A stretch of 51,187 nt of DNA from Catajapyx aquilonaris (GCA_000934665.2 JYFJ02002771.1:1-51187); one strand, 5' to 3'. Counted from the stretch's first letter, positions 35,801 through 47,924 are shown. Numbers and translations are program-made. The notes: generated by a model not told the origin, from the sequence alone.

Positions 35801-38800
35801 ATCATTTTTGTTACTGTTTCATGCAACAATGTATTTTTTTTTGGCAGGTACAACAGCTGGAAAGCAAGGCGCAAGTGGAGGATCCGAAGCCAGTATCGGG
35901 AAAGCAACGTGTGGCCCACAACGCTGCGCATGATTTTGTTCCGAAGATTCCGAGGCCACCGAAAGCCGTGCCCAAACCCTCAGCTTCTCAGGTATTTCGA
36001 GTGTTACGTTAATCGTGCTTTACATTACATGTGAAGCCCACATTAGCTGAGGAATGTCAGCAACATTTTAATTCGGCGGATACCGAAACATGAGAAGTTC
36101 ATTGACTTACAATGTTTGGTAATTAAGAATGTTACTACAATGCAGGATTTTTTTTTTGTACTGAGTTCATGTTTCATTCATGTTGTTGGAAGTGCAGGGC
36201 TTTGACCCCTGCTCACATCATGATGTAATGAAAAAAAAAAGGGGGGGGGACATGCTTAGTTGTTTATCTGGCTTGGCATGCTGAAACAAGAGATGCTGAC
36301 ACAAGCAGGGTCAGCCACCTCTGAAGGAGCGGGGAAGAAAAAGGGCGTTTGGAATTTTTAAGGGAGTGACTCAGTCTGCTGGCTTCACTTCCAGGTTATG
36401 GTTGATAGATGGAAGAAGGTCCAGGAGATTTGCCAGCAACCGGAGGCTGCACCAGTTCCAGTTGTTGCCGCAATTCCTGTCGATGTGAGGCCGACTCCGG
36501 GATCATCGCTGCTTAGAAGCGGCGTTGTTAGTTTCACTCAAGGTGAGTCGGTAGGCGATTGAATCTTCAGAGTGTGTACCTACGTACTTTACAGGAAAGA
36601 AGCGGATAGCTCATGTACCCAATGTGACGTCACTGTTGATGGCCAAAACCCAGGTGAAGCCCACAGAAACCAAACCGGACGCGTCCACCATTGCCCAGAC
36701 TGTCTCCAAGGGCGGAAAAAGAGTGGCTCACATTCCAACTCAGGTAAGAAAGAATGAGCTTGAAAACAACATTTTTGTTCAGTACATGGTGACAGATGGA
36801 GACAAGAATTGAGGTCATTCCTTATCAGTGATATCACACTAATTAGCTCACATGCTGAGCAATAGTTGAGTCATTGCAAGGTGAGCTGTTGGAGTGTTCA
36901 CATGTGATTCCTGTTCCAGGAGGTGCTCCAGCGTCCTACGATATCGGCTGAGTTTGGGTCCAAGGTGCCTGCAAATGTACGCCAACGATACCTCAACTCA
37001 TTTGTAGACGAATGTCTCAAGCTGTGTCCGACTCAGCAGGAAGCCTTTGATAGGGTGAGACAAAGTGTTACCGTAACTCGAGAGGTTAACATCGTCTCCA
37101 CTAAAGTCATGCAGTTTCCCGGTTTATTTTTATGTACAATAACAGGGCTCGAATGGAGAAGCCATAATCGTCTGGTCATGAAAACGTTACACGGACGTAT
37201 GATTTTTTGGGTCATTTTGTCAGCAATAGTCATGTAACGAGTGTACGAAAGAGTCAGCTGTTCATCATTTGTGATTATTATTATGATATTAATTTACTGT
37301 CACGTAACGAGTGTGCGAGAGAGTCAAGTCTTCATCATTTATTATTATTTTTATTATTAATGTTGGAAAACCCGGGTAACCTAAATCAACAGCTGTCTTT
37401 GGTGACGACTCACTCATGTGGTGTGTATAATTTAAATGGAAAAAAAAATTTGGCTGCCGTATTTAGCGGAGTAGCTCGTCAAGAACAACCTTCTACGGCT
37501 TGGTCATGCATACTGCATGGTCAATGTTTCATTCGCTGGTAAATATATATATTTTTAAAAAATAATGTAGTTTTTGTGCACTTAATGTTTGGAGGAAGCC
37601 TACGCAGAGTGAGAAAAGTGTTAATTTTTTTTGTGCGACTTGTATGATTCAAAAAGTGTAAAGGTTAATCAATAATTTGTGTCAGGCATGTTTTTCTCAC
37701 TGTATGTAAAGCTATTTTTTCACGGAAGAAAGTACCGTGTGCTTTCGTAAGAATGAGGATTGTTCTATGGTGATTAAGAGGAAACGGCTTATCAAGTATA
37801 GTGCGACTACAAAGGAGTAATGACAAGTAATTACTGACGGAGCCTGGCACATAATGGGTTAGAACGAGGGGGATCCATTATCACGAATGAACGAAGTCAT
37901 AGTTTGATAAAGCTTGTGCCCATTTTAGGGTATGCAAAATAATTTTTATGTCCCGATTGCATCACATTTAGGCAACCACCTTCCTTATGGTGCCTTTGGT
38001 TGTTTGCATACTTGTCAACCCTTTGTGTCTTTGTCTTTTCTGACCTTGGGTATTGTTTTTGTCAACAGGCGATACAGGAGGAGTTGAACTGTTACACTCG
38101 GTGCACTACTCGAACTGTCTACCTCAACGTTGCCGTGAACAATATTAACAGACTCAGGAAGGAGGTGGAGTGTGCCTCGACTTCTCCCCTCAAGGCAATT
38201 GAAGGTAACAACTGGATGAAAGGTCAAACTCTCTGGAATGTTAATAGCATAATATTGTCGTGTTGTGTCATATTTTGTCTTTGTTTCACAGAAGCAGTAG
38301 CTGCAGGCTCCAGTAGCGGACCCAACAGAACAGTGTCCCACATGTCCATCCTCGCAGGAAAAGGTGGTGCTCGCAACAGCTGGAGCATAGAGCGAGCAAC
38401 CCGCCGTTCCATGCCTGACCAAATATCGGACGCAGAGATGTACCGCCTCTTGAGTCGTTATATTCTCACTCCCGAGCAGCTGAGGGACAACGGCTTTCCA
38501 AGACCTGACCCCAGCGAGAAGGGCCGCGCTTTAATTCTCTCCACGGAGGTGTGTCAGAAGACGACGCATCTTGCCAATCCCTTCAAACGGATATGCGGAA
38601 GATGTCAGACCATGTATGCTGTTAACAAGCAAGGAGTGCAGGTGAGTTTGTGTAGATCTGCATGATTCTTCCACGCTACACCGGTTTTGTTGCTAATCTT
38701 CGTACTAAAGGCACGGTGCTTATGTTACGCAGCTGAGTGAGGAGCCGTGCACGCATCACTGGGGCCGGCAGTACAAGCGGAGAGGAGCCACGGGATGGGA

Positions 38801-40018
38801 AGGGAAGTACAGCTGCTGCCAAGGGGACAGCCACAGTGGCGGTTGCTGCGTGGCCAAGTGCCACGTGTCGGACAATTTCGACCCGGACAACCTGAGGGGC
38901 TTCGTCAAAACCCTGCCGAGATCCGAGGAGGAGGCGGCCTTCGAGCTCCCCGGTGTGTACGCGCTGGACTGCGAGATGTGCTACACCACCATGGGGAATG
39001 AGCTGACACGAATCACTGTCATAGGGACAGACATGAAGCCTATCTTTGAAACGCTGGTCAGGCCGGAGAACCCGATCATCGATTACAATACCAGGTATGA
39101 GCCGAGAGTTTGCCACGACGTCGTGCCCAAAATAAATACAAAGTAATGAAAATTGGCATATAATTTCAGGTTCAGCGGGATCACCGAAGAGGACATGCAG
39201 GGGGTGAAGACCACCCTGCGAGACGTTCAGGCCGTCTTGTTGAGCCGATTCTCCGACAAGTCCATTCTCATAGGGCACAGTTTAGAGAGTGATTTTAAAG
39301 CATTGAAAGTAAGAAGTTTGCGTAATTATGTGGGGGTGTCGGCTTTCAAAAAAAAAAAAACGATTCTGATGCACATAGCATGTACTATTTAGGCTCTCGG
39401 AATAATTACTATTCATAAACTGCTCGCAAATTTGCAGTATGGCACGTAAAATGATGGATTTGACTACATGTCTGATGAGAGGTATTCGTGTCAGTAATGT
39501 GCCTCCAAACGTTTGTCCTGCTAGGGCTTCGATATTGTTTAGTTCTGTCAGAGCCAGTTGGAAAAACAATGCTAAGGAGCGACCCTGAACATGTGGCCTT
39601 GTCCAATAGAGAGCAGGGGGAAGGTTGTTTCTCAATGCCTAACGTCATTAATGTTCGGCAATTATTTTATATACTGCGGCAAGGGATGGATTGGGATCCG
39701 AAACTATAATTTTTTTGCCCCCCCGTTCCTTTTCCAGTTAATACATGACACGGTGGTTGACACGTCTGTTGTGTTTCCGCACAAGATGGGACCGCCATTC
39801 AAGAGAGCGTTGAGGACCCTCTGTGCGGATTATATAAAGAAGATTATACAGAGTGACGGTAATATGATTTTTCGTAATGTTTTTTTTTGTATGAGATCCA
39901 GCGGGTAAACCTGGCTCGCTTTCCGTTTGCAGTTGGTGGTCATGACAGTGCGGAAGATGCAAGAGCCTGTATGGAACTGATGGTTTGGAGGCTGAAGGAA
40001 GACCTGAAAGGAAGATAG
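30944..40018 (+). CDS. REXO1: RNA exonuclease 1 homolog (elongin A-binding protein 1; DEDDh exonuclease)
   Basis: N-terminal [30 protein letters not shown] (30944-31043), large K/S/E-rich exon 33891-35447, [20 protein letters not shown], exonuclease motifs [28 protein letters not shown]; stop TAG 40016-40018; AATAAA near 40085. Confidence 0.95.
31502..31819 (+). mobile_element. tRNA-derived SINE with V-SINE-like central domain and (ATT)n tail
   Basis: A box TGGCCGAGTGG, B box GTTCGATCC, central GTTCTCTCCGTGTTCGCGTGGGTTTTCTCGGGGTTCTCCCGTTTCCTCCCAC resembling the V-domain consensus, and about 20 ATT units at 31758-31819. Confidence 0.8.
31850..32551 (-). mobile_element. Internally deleted mariner (Tc1/mariner) element
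   Basis: 29-bp TIRs CGAGGG(G/C)TGTAAATAAAATAGTGGCAACT (1 mismatch) flanked by TA. Minus-strand transposase remnants [18 protein letters not shown] (N-terminal HTH) and GILRLPHR...DYIEGL (C-terminus). Confidence 0.92.
32617..32784. mobile_element. Short pogo/Tigger-like MITE (~168 bp)
   Basis: 23-bp inverted repeats AGTAAAACCT(C/T)GATATAACGCTC with 1 mismatch; right end ...TTTTACTG. Confidence 0.75.
32788..32853. repeat. (TAT)n microsatellite
   Basis: About 22 perfect TAT units. Confidence 0.95.
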
Positions 40019-40959
40019 AAGAATAATTTATTATTTTCAGTGTTATGAACTGAATTTGTTCTTAGCCACCCAGCATTTTTATTAAATAAAAACTGAAAAA
40101 TGCGAAAAGGGAAAACTGCAGCCTGTTTGAATCGTGTATTCAGGATGAAATATACTTCTTTTTCGAGATGATGGCATTATTATCATGTATTTAAAAATGT
40201 GAAAAGGGAAACTGCAGTCTGTTTGAATCATGTATTCAGAATGAAATCCGAGGTCGTCTTTTTTTTTCCTCTCGAAATGATGGCGTTCTTATCATGTATT
40301 TATAATTTCTCTTGTGTCGCACATGGAGCGTGATTTATATTTTCCCGTGTTTTTCATGCAGTACGCTGGGTGGGAAGCTCATATGTGACACTATCGGTTT
40401 TTTTTAAGTTTGTGTTACTGATATTTGTTATTTAAAGAAAAGAAAAAATACGTGTGGCATCACTGGTGTTTGCCTCGAGATACAAAAAGACTGTACCGTG
40501 AATGCAATACATCAAATAGTAATAAAAACAATACCCCAGACAAGCCCCGCTGTTGTTTCTAGGTGAAGGTTAACGCCATGCTCTCATCACTGGATCCATC
40601 CTGACAGATTCATAATGTCAAAAAGTGGGTTGGAGAAAGTGTAGCTTCATTAACTGTCGATACTCACTTTTGGCATTGCAGCGACAAGGTCGTTTTGTCC
40701 GACATGGAGAAACCTGCCTGCAATGTGCATCTAACAATTTAATTGCATCCCACTACAATTGTTGTGGTACATCCGACAATCAACCTTGGACAATGGTGCG
40801 TGCCAACAAAGGTCGCAGTCATTCAGGCGTGAAAGCGGCCATTGCCATCCCCCCCTTTATTTTGTGTGTGTGTGTTTGTTTCAAAATGACTAGTAGGAAC
40901 AATCGTACATCGAGTGTCAATACGACAGAAGGCTTCGGACAGATCATATGGTCGACACA

Positions 40960-43900
40960 ATGCAGCGTGTCGTATGGTTCATCATACTGCTTGGACTTGG
41001 CCGGGCTCAAACGACGACTGAAAGTACGACAGATCCAGCAGTGACCACCGAGGAGGAATCGGCCACAAAACCGGTCATGAGCATAGCTCAAGCGCTCCTT
41101 CCGACGTCTGGACCACAACAACAGCAACAACAGCAACCTGCCAGTCCGACCAAAAATGAAAGTTTGAGCAAATGCGCCCAAATTCAGCCTCAAATTGGAT
41201 TGCGTCTGGACCAGGTAAGTTCAACGTAATCAATCTATCTATCTAACTAATTAATACACTTTTGGAACCGACTTTTGGATCGACATACCGACAAACTTTC
41301 CCTTTAATATTATTATGGGGAGGTGAAGTGGCAAACGCACGCGCCCACGGATATTATAAGGTCCCGGGTTCGATCCCCACCCTGGGTTATCCCACCTGTT
41401 ATCCGTGCGGAGTTGGGCCATCTCTGGCTTCATTTCGGGTGGCAATTTCCGACAGAATGGGCCACCCGGGGGAGCTCACAAAATGACCATTAGAGACATT
41501 GCACTTGCACTTTTGCACATCCCCTCCTACCTACCCTGGAGTAATTATTTAAGCTCTTAATTATTTCCGATGGTGGTAATCCACCCCCCTCAAGGGTCCC
41601 AATGGGGTAATGCAAATAAATAAATTATTATTATTATATTATTATCTCGTTTATTTACCATTTCATTATTTAATATTGATTAATATTGTAATTAATGAAA
41701 GCTTAAATAATAGTAAAATAATATATGAATATATAAAATAATGTTAAATGAATGAGATCGAGCGAAGCGAGGGTTATTCTGGGTGAGCGAAGCGAGTCTT
41801 CTTTTTTCTCTCTAGTTCCTGTACTTATACATATAAAGCATGTTCGTTTGTCGGTTCCAAAAGTACTGTATATTAGTTAATTAATGAATCCGGAATTAAA
41901 TGGAGCGTAAAATCGACGTTTTATTATATACAGTACAACGTATTTATTTCAATTTATTTTTTTGGCTGGCAATGTTTGGTGCATGTTTGCGTGTGACCTC
42001 CTCCTCCTCGACTGATTGATTGTCTTCATCATCAGATAGGAGGCGAATGGTTCATCCGGAGTCCATCAGCACCGGACGATACGTGCGGTACGGTGAGCAT
42101 AAAGCCGGCCCCGGATTCCCGAGTGCTCCTGCAGATCCGGAGTGTCCAGTCGCCCAACGCGTCTCTGACCCTCAACCTGACCTCGTCCGACTCGTCTCCT
42201 TCGTCTCCTGTTCAATGGAGATTCAACGACCCCAAAGGTAACGACGTAGCAAGCAAGAACGGTACACAATGCTGATGATGACGCACTCTTATGATATGTT
42301 GCGCAGGTTCGCCAGACAACGGCGGAATCTACGTGGTGACCAAGGCCAACGACAGCGTCGCGTTGTTGCAGATGTGCAGCGCAGGCGGGAACGACACCGT
42401 GTTGCTGACGAGGGCATCCATCACGCCTTTCCCGTCAAGGGCATCGTCGCCTGAGGTGATTTCATAACCCATTACACACTGACAATGCGCGCGCAACCTC
42501 CAACATCAGAATGGGAGGAGCCAATCATGCGCACACATCTTCAAACTTTAGAAGGGGGGGTTAAATATGCGCGCGCAACTTCCACCATCAGAAGGGCAGG
42601 AGCTAAAGATGCCCACGCAGCTTCCGACTTTAAAGTGGGAGGAGCTAAACATGCGCGCGCACTTGCAACTTTAAAGTTGGAGGAATTAAAGATGTGCATG
42701 CAACTTCCACCATCGGAAGGGGAGGGACCTAAGCTGCGGGCGCATCTTCCAACATCAAAGGGGAGGACGAGTTAGAGATGCCCACGCAGCTTCCGACTTT
42801 AAAGTGGGAGGAGCTAAACATGCGTGCGCACTTGCAACTTGTTGGAGGCGTTAAAGATGTGCACGCAACTTCCACCATCAGAGGGGGAGGAGTTAAATAT
42901 GCGCACGCGCATCTTCCAACTATAAAGTGGGAGGAGCTAAAAGATTCTCGCGAAACTTTAGAAGGGGAGAAGCCAATGATGCGAGCGCATCTTCCAACAT
43001 CAAATGGGGAGGAGCTAAAGATGCTCAAGCAACCTCCCACTTTAGAGGGGGAGGAGTTAAAGATGCTCGAGGAGCTTCCAACTTTGAAGTGGGAGAAGCT
43101 AAAAATGAGCACGCAACTTCCGCCATAATAAGGGGTGGAGCCAACGGTGCGCGCGCAACTCCCAACTTTAGAAGGGGAGGGACCAAAGCTGTGGGCGTAT
43201 CTTTCAAAATCAAATGGGGAGGAGCTAAAGATGCGCGTGATACTTCCAACTTTAGAGGGGGAGGGACCAAAGCTGTGGGCGTATCTTTCAACATCAAATG
43301 GGAAGGAGCTAAAGATGCGCATGGTACTTCCAACTTTAGAGGGGGAGGGACCAAAGCTGTGGGCGTATCTTTCAAAATCAAATGGGGAGGAGCTAAAGAT
43401 GCGCTTGGTACTTCCAACTTTAGAGGGGGAGGGACCAAAGCTGTGGGCGTATCTTTTAACATCAAATGGGGAGGAGCTAAAGATGCGCGTGATACTTCCA
43501 ACTTTAGAGGGGGAGGAGCTAAAATGAGCACGCACTTCCAACTTCAAAGGGGAGGGGCCAATGTTGCGCGCGCAGCTTCTAACTTCAACGTGGGAGGGGC
43601 TAAAAGTTGGGCTCGCTTTGTCAAGCAATAATTAGAGAAGTCCTCTAATAGCAGGTCTGTTTTTAATTGTTTAATTATTAATTACAGGCTAGGGCAGCTT
43701 GCTTGAAGTCTCAAGCTTCTCTGATCACGGCCGCGGGGTCAAGGGCGGCCATAAAGGAGCCTGCCCTTCAGCTGGCCCTTTGCAGCATGGCCCTGCAGTG
43801 CATTGCAGGAAGACCCAACCGTCTTCCGCACGCAACGAGCGGCGCGGGTTGGTTCGGACAGTACTGGACCAGCACACCGGATTACATCGGAGGGTACGGC

Positions 43901-44392
43901 GGACCCGGACTGGGCGGGTATGGAGGTGGACTGGGCGGGTTTGGAGGTGGACTGGGAGGTTATGGAGGTGGACTGGGCGGGTTTGGAGGTGGACTGGGTG
44001 GGTATGGAGGCGGTTTGGGCGGATTCGGAGGAGGATTGGGCGGATTCGGAGGCGGGTTGGGAGGCGGCGGGTTGGGCGGGTTCGGATACCCAGGGATTTA
44101 CGGAGGTATCGGACCTTCGTATGCATACAGCGATTACTCATACTCGTACGCGTCGGGATCTCCGTACTTTGGCGGGTACGACTACTGCACGTACAACCCG
44201 TACGATCCTCAGTGTTACGGGTACTACGGAGGGTTCGGATATCCGTACCCGTACTCGGCACCGGTAGCGGATGTGGCTGCTACTCAGAAGCAACAACCCT
44301 TGCAGCAACAACCGCAACAAACAGCGGTGGTACGAAAGACGCCCCGTGTACCGATGGTCAGGACAGTATGGCCAAGATTCATACTCTTGTAA
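40960..44392 (+). CDS. Secreted ~436-aa protein: signal peptide, T/E/Q-rich linker, lipocalin-like domain and Gly/Tyr-rich tail
   Basis: Exons 40960-41214, 42036-42237, 42307-42455 and 43688-44392 join in frame (1311 nt). Signal MQRVVWFIILLGLGRA; CAQIQPQIGLRLDQIGGEWF (GxW); IYVVTKANDSVALLQMC...VLLTR; (GGGLGG[Y/F])n. Confidence 0.65.
41317..41645 (+). mobile_element. Second tRNA-derived SINE family
   Basis: tRNA-like head with B box GGTTCGATCCC (AAGGTCCCG.GTTCGATCCCC shared with the 31502 SINE), unrelated body, (AAAT)/(ATT)n tail. Confidence 0.65.
41757..41816 (+). mobile_element. Helitron-like 3' end remnant
   Basis: Two GAGCGAAGCGAG motifs followed by TCTTCT...CTAG (41812-41815) and then T. 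Confidence 0.45.
42485..43610. repeat. 39-bp minisatellite (~28 units) with a 78-bp higher-order dimer in the 3' half
   Basis: Unit approximately CTTCCAACTTTAGAGGGGGAGGAGCTAAAGATGCGCG; 26-aa periodicity in the overlapping ORFs at 43150-43525; fills intron 42456-43687. Confidence 0.92.
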
Positions 44393-45137
44393 TCGTTGCT
44401 ATAAATTTGATTATGAAGGTCTACATATAGCCTTAGGTAGGCTATTAGGTAAGGAGAAAAAACATGTTAACCGCCATTTGAGTGCTCCACTGATGGCTGT
44501 TAACATGTTTTTCTCCCGAGCCTTTCAAATGTAGACATTTTTCTTTGTAAAAAAATTTTCGAATTAAAATTTCGTAAAATGCAATTTTGGAGTGAATATC
44601 GCTTCTCAATCGAGTGAAAAATTACTCGAAAAAAGGGTGAAAATGAGTGGAACACTAGAGTGAAACCAATACATTCAATTTGAGTGGTTTTTCTCTAGAA
44701 TCTGAGTCATTTCGATCAAATTGAGCGGAAAGTCCACTGAGATTGAAATGATCGCTCAGTTTGAGTGAAAATATTTCACGTGTTCACAGTGTGATTTCCA
44801 TTCAAAAAGAGTGGGAGTCAAATCAACTAGAAAAAAAATTATGAAAAATCATCCGAATCGAGTGGAAAAACACTCGAATTTTTTAAGAGTGATATGTGAT
44901 GATCAGTATTGTTTTAAAAATGTATTTTTATTTATTTTGCTGGAATAAAGGTTAAAACAGACGCTTTGTTGTATGTTTTTTTTATGTTACATCTGCTGCG
45001 TAATTACTATATAAATCCGCATGTCAGCTGACGTTATCGTGTAGTACATCACTTTACGTTTGCGGCGTACTAATAATGCAGAGTAGGTGTAAGTACACCA
45101 GCCAGTTGAACCAGTGTGCTTCAAGGAGACGGACAGA

Positions 45138-47367
45138 ATGGGCATGTGCCGGTGGATGACCGCAATTACATGCCTAGCAGGTAATGTCAATTAGAGGACA
45201 TGTTCATGAGAAATTGGTTCAAAAATAATCACTCCCGTTTCAGGCGCATTAGCGTCTGTATTGGTACCGTCGCAACACAACTTCGGAGGTATGCACAGTG
45301 ACCAATATTTCAATAGTGTTGACCCCAGTTGAACGAGTAGCAAGCGATCCGACATGTATATAGTGTGTAGGAGTTATTTTGTTATGTAAGCATGCGTACT
45401 TACACGACCTCGGTGCAGGTTCATTGACCATAATCCAGTCCGAACTAGTGAGTGACTCATACACAGTATATAGCATGCATTCTGTACACAGCACTTGTTG
45501 TGGCTGCTGTAGTGTCAAGAACAATGAGTCGTTTGGAGTCAAGTGTCATAATAATTTTTTTGGTTCGTAAATGATGGCAGGCTTAATTAGTCTGTATATG
45601 ATCTCTCTGAGTCCTGATAATTAGCAGCTAATTTTAAACTGTGAAGATCATATACATCACTTATTGCGGATATGCGCTAGTTTATACAAGAAGGATCATT
45701 CTTTGGTATATTAGTATGAACTGTACGAACTTGTCATTTTTAATTGCTTTCCAGCCCCATGTCCTACAGACTGGATATTCTTCAACAAATCGTGTTATTA
45801 CACCTCTGATTACCGCGTCACATGGGACAGGGCTCGAAGAAGTTGCAAAGAAGTGGATCGCAAGTCTGATCTAATCAGTTTGCACAGTCAAGAGGAGCAA
45901 GACTTCATAATCAGTTGAGTCATAAATTTTTTTGAAAGATACATATTTTTCTTGCTGTACATTTCATGTGTCTTTTGCAACAGTTGGATTACATCAGATG
46001 TATACATTATCCTTCTTGTACTCTGTAGAAATGATGTACTGGGAAGTGTGGATAGGACTGAACAGTATGGAGAAAGACCATGCTTGGACATGGAGCGACG
46101 GAACTCCAGCCAACTATTTCCTCTGGGACGATGAGTACGGAAGACCTGAAGATCACGAGACCGAACAATGTGTGGCTCTGGTCCTAAAGGACAGTGGGAG
46201 TGGAGAGGACGTCCCAAAAAACGCAGGAACATTTGTCAACACAGACTGCGAAGAAGTGAAGCATTTCGTGTGCATGGCAACGGCAGGTGTGTGTATATGT
46301 GCCACGAGTCATTCAACCACAGAGGATAGTATAATCAGGGACCATGTACATAAGAGGCGCAAACATTCGATTTCCGCGTCTCTCTGTTTGAGGCGTTGCC
46401 AAGGCTGGCGGCCATTTTGAAGTGTGGGCAACTCCTACGAGGTATAAATAGGGTACAGGCAAAAATAAGGTCCGCCATCTTTGATGGTTTTGGCGGCCAT
46501 GGCAACTACACGGCAAGAACACGTGCGAATCAAAGATGGCGGACCCTATTTTTGCCTGTACCCTATTTATACCTTGTTGGCGTTGCTCACACTTCAAAAT
46601 GGCGGCCAGCCTTCGCAAGAGCCCCAAACAGAGAAACGCGGAAATCGAATGTTTGCGCCTCTTATGTATAGTACATACTCCCTGGTATAATATAGTGATT
46701 AATAATTATATGTCTTCTCAGATAACTGCCCGGATAATTGGGAGTACAGACGCGGGTTCTGCTACTGGGTGTCTCATTTCAAAGGGACTTGGGAGCAAGG
46801 TCGTCATTTTTGTAAGCTGATCAATCCTGAGTCGGACTTAACCAGCATTCATCGGAAGGAAGACATCACACCTATCATAGGTACTATAACACGCAAAAAG
46901 ATTGTCGCACTGTATCCGTGAGACAATCTTTTTGTGCGTTATAGTACTACATATTTTTTTTATTTGTGGCAAGATATTGACTATTTGTGCCGCTACTTTT
47001 CGCTATAAATATTTTTATTAATATATAGAAAAGATGCATTGGAGATCATGGATCGGCCTGGACTTCTCGGCGTACGAAAGTAAGTGGCATTGGACCGATG
47101 GAAGTGACCTAACCTTCCTGAATTGGGGCGAACATCAACCTATGCCCGAACATGAAGAGCATTTGCATTGCACCGAGCTGCCCTACTCAGGATACTGGAA
47201 CAGCGAAAATTGCAATCGTCATTTGCATTACACCTGCAAACTTTCTCTCGAATGTAAATACCAGTAATTTATGTCAACATAACTATACAATGTTTAAAAA
47301 AAAAAAAAAACTTATTTCATCTCTTTCAGATAATCCACCGAGAGAGACCCTGACTCCGAGAAGGTAG
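45138..47367 (+). CDS. Secreted dual-domain C-type lectin
   Basis: Exons 45138-45180, 45244-45288, 45755-45913, 46029-46286, 46722-46880, 47029-47253, 47330-47367. Domain 1 CPTDWIFFNKSCY...WIGLN...WSDGT; domain 2 CPDNWEYRRGFCY...WIGLD...WTDGS...WNSENC; AATAAA at 47440. Confidence 0.9.
46336..46684. mobile_element. Foldback MITE with ~140-bp arms and 7-bp TSD (P-element/Galileo-like)
   Basis: Ends CAGGGA...TCCCTG; arms ~46346-46483 and ~46528-46668 are near-perfect complements; GTATAAT duplicated at 46329-46335 and 46685-46691. Confidence 0.85.
46881..46947 (+). ncRNA. Pre-miRNA-sized hairpin beginning at the 5' splice site (candidate 3'-tailed mirtron)
   Basis: 30-bp stem (2 mismatches, 1 G-U), 7-nt loop, 67 nt in total; the first nucleotide is the G of the intron GT. 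Confidence 0.35.
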
Positions 47368-47519
47368 TACAAGTCATGTAAGGCATACTAATTACAACAA
47401 CCAACAAGCTGATTATGTAATTAGCAGCACTTAAAATTTAATAAAGTAAATAATTATTATTCATGAATGTATTCTGTCTCGTTCAAAACTCCCGCTTCAT
47501 TTTGCTCTAGTGTGTGCGT

Positions 47520-47564
47520 TGGCAACACTGATCCCGTTGGCAACCCTGTTTCAAGATGGCCGCC
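47520..47564 (+). promoter_or_regulatory. Cyclin H promoter module (two TGGCAAC motifs plus YY1-like motif)
   Basis: TGGCAACACTG 47520-47530, TGGCAACCCTG 47538-47548, AAGATGGCCGCC 47553-47564; downstream donor GTGAGT at 47643 and acceptor just before the ATG. Confidence 0.5.
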
Positions 47565-47924
47565 GTCTAGAAGCGACGATTTTGCTGACTTCCTTTTGAT
47601 TTTTTGATTTTAGGAAGGAAATTTTCGGGTAATTAAATAGTGGTGAGTGTCAGGTACGGTGTGTACGGATGTAGTGCATGTTGTGGGCTTGTTATTTGGT
47701 AGTGATAGGCCGTAAGAGTGTTGGAATATGGCATGTAATGGCAAACACAAAATAATTGGTGAATTTATCAAGTGATTACAATTTCATAAATAGTAAGTTA
47801 AAAGTAAATTATGGCATTAATTTACTTGTAATTGTTTTAACTTGGCCAGTTGATGATGAATGTACTTTTTTAAAATGCACATTGCGATGTCACATTAGAG
47901 AGTACGGACCCTTTTTTTCAGATA

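Noticed and set aside
42729..43631. Long ORFs (299, 234, 168 and 130 aa) in several frames
   Set aside because: By-product of a 39/78-bp minisatellite whose period is divisible by 3; no frame is preferred.
43699..44430. Arg/Trp-rich alternative-frame and antisense ORFs over the Gly-rich exon
   Set aside because: Shadows of the 21-nt coding repeat; only the Gly frame is in phase with the upstream exon.
44560..44895. GAGTG(A/G)AA-rich degenerate repeat, possible MITE
   Set aside because: Only the right end (TTTTTTAAGAGTG) looks terminal; no convincing matching TIR or TSD.
45419..45447. Possible extra lectin exon (AG...GTGAGT)
   Set aside because: Its 29-nt length would break the reading frame between the flanking exons.
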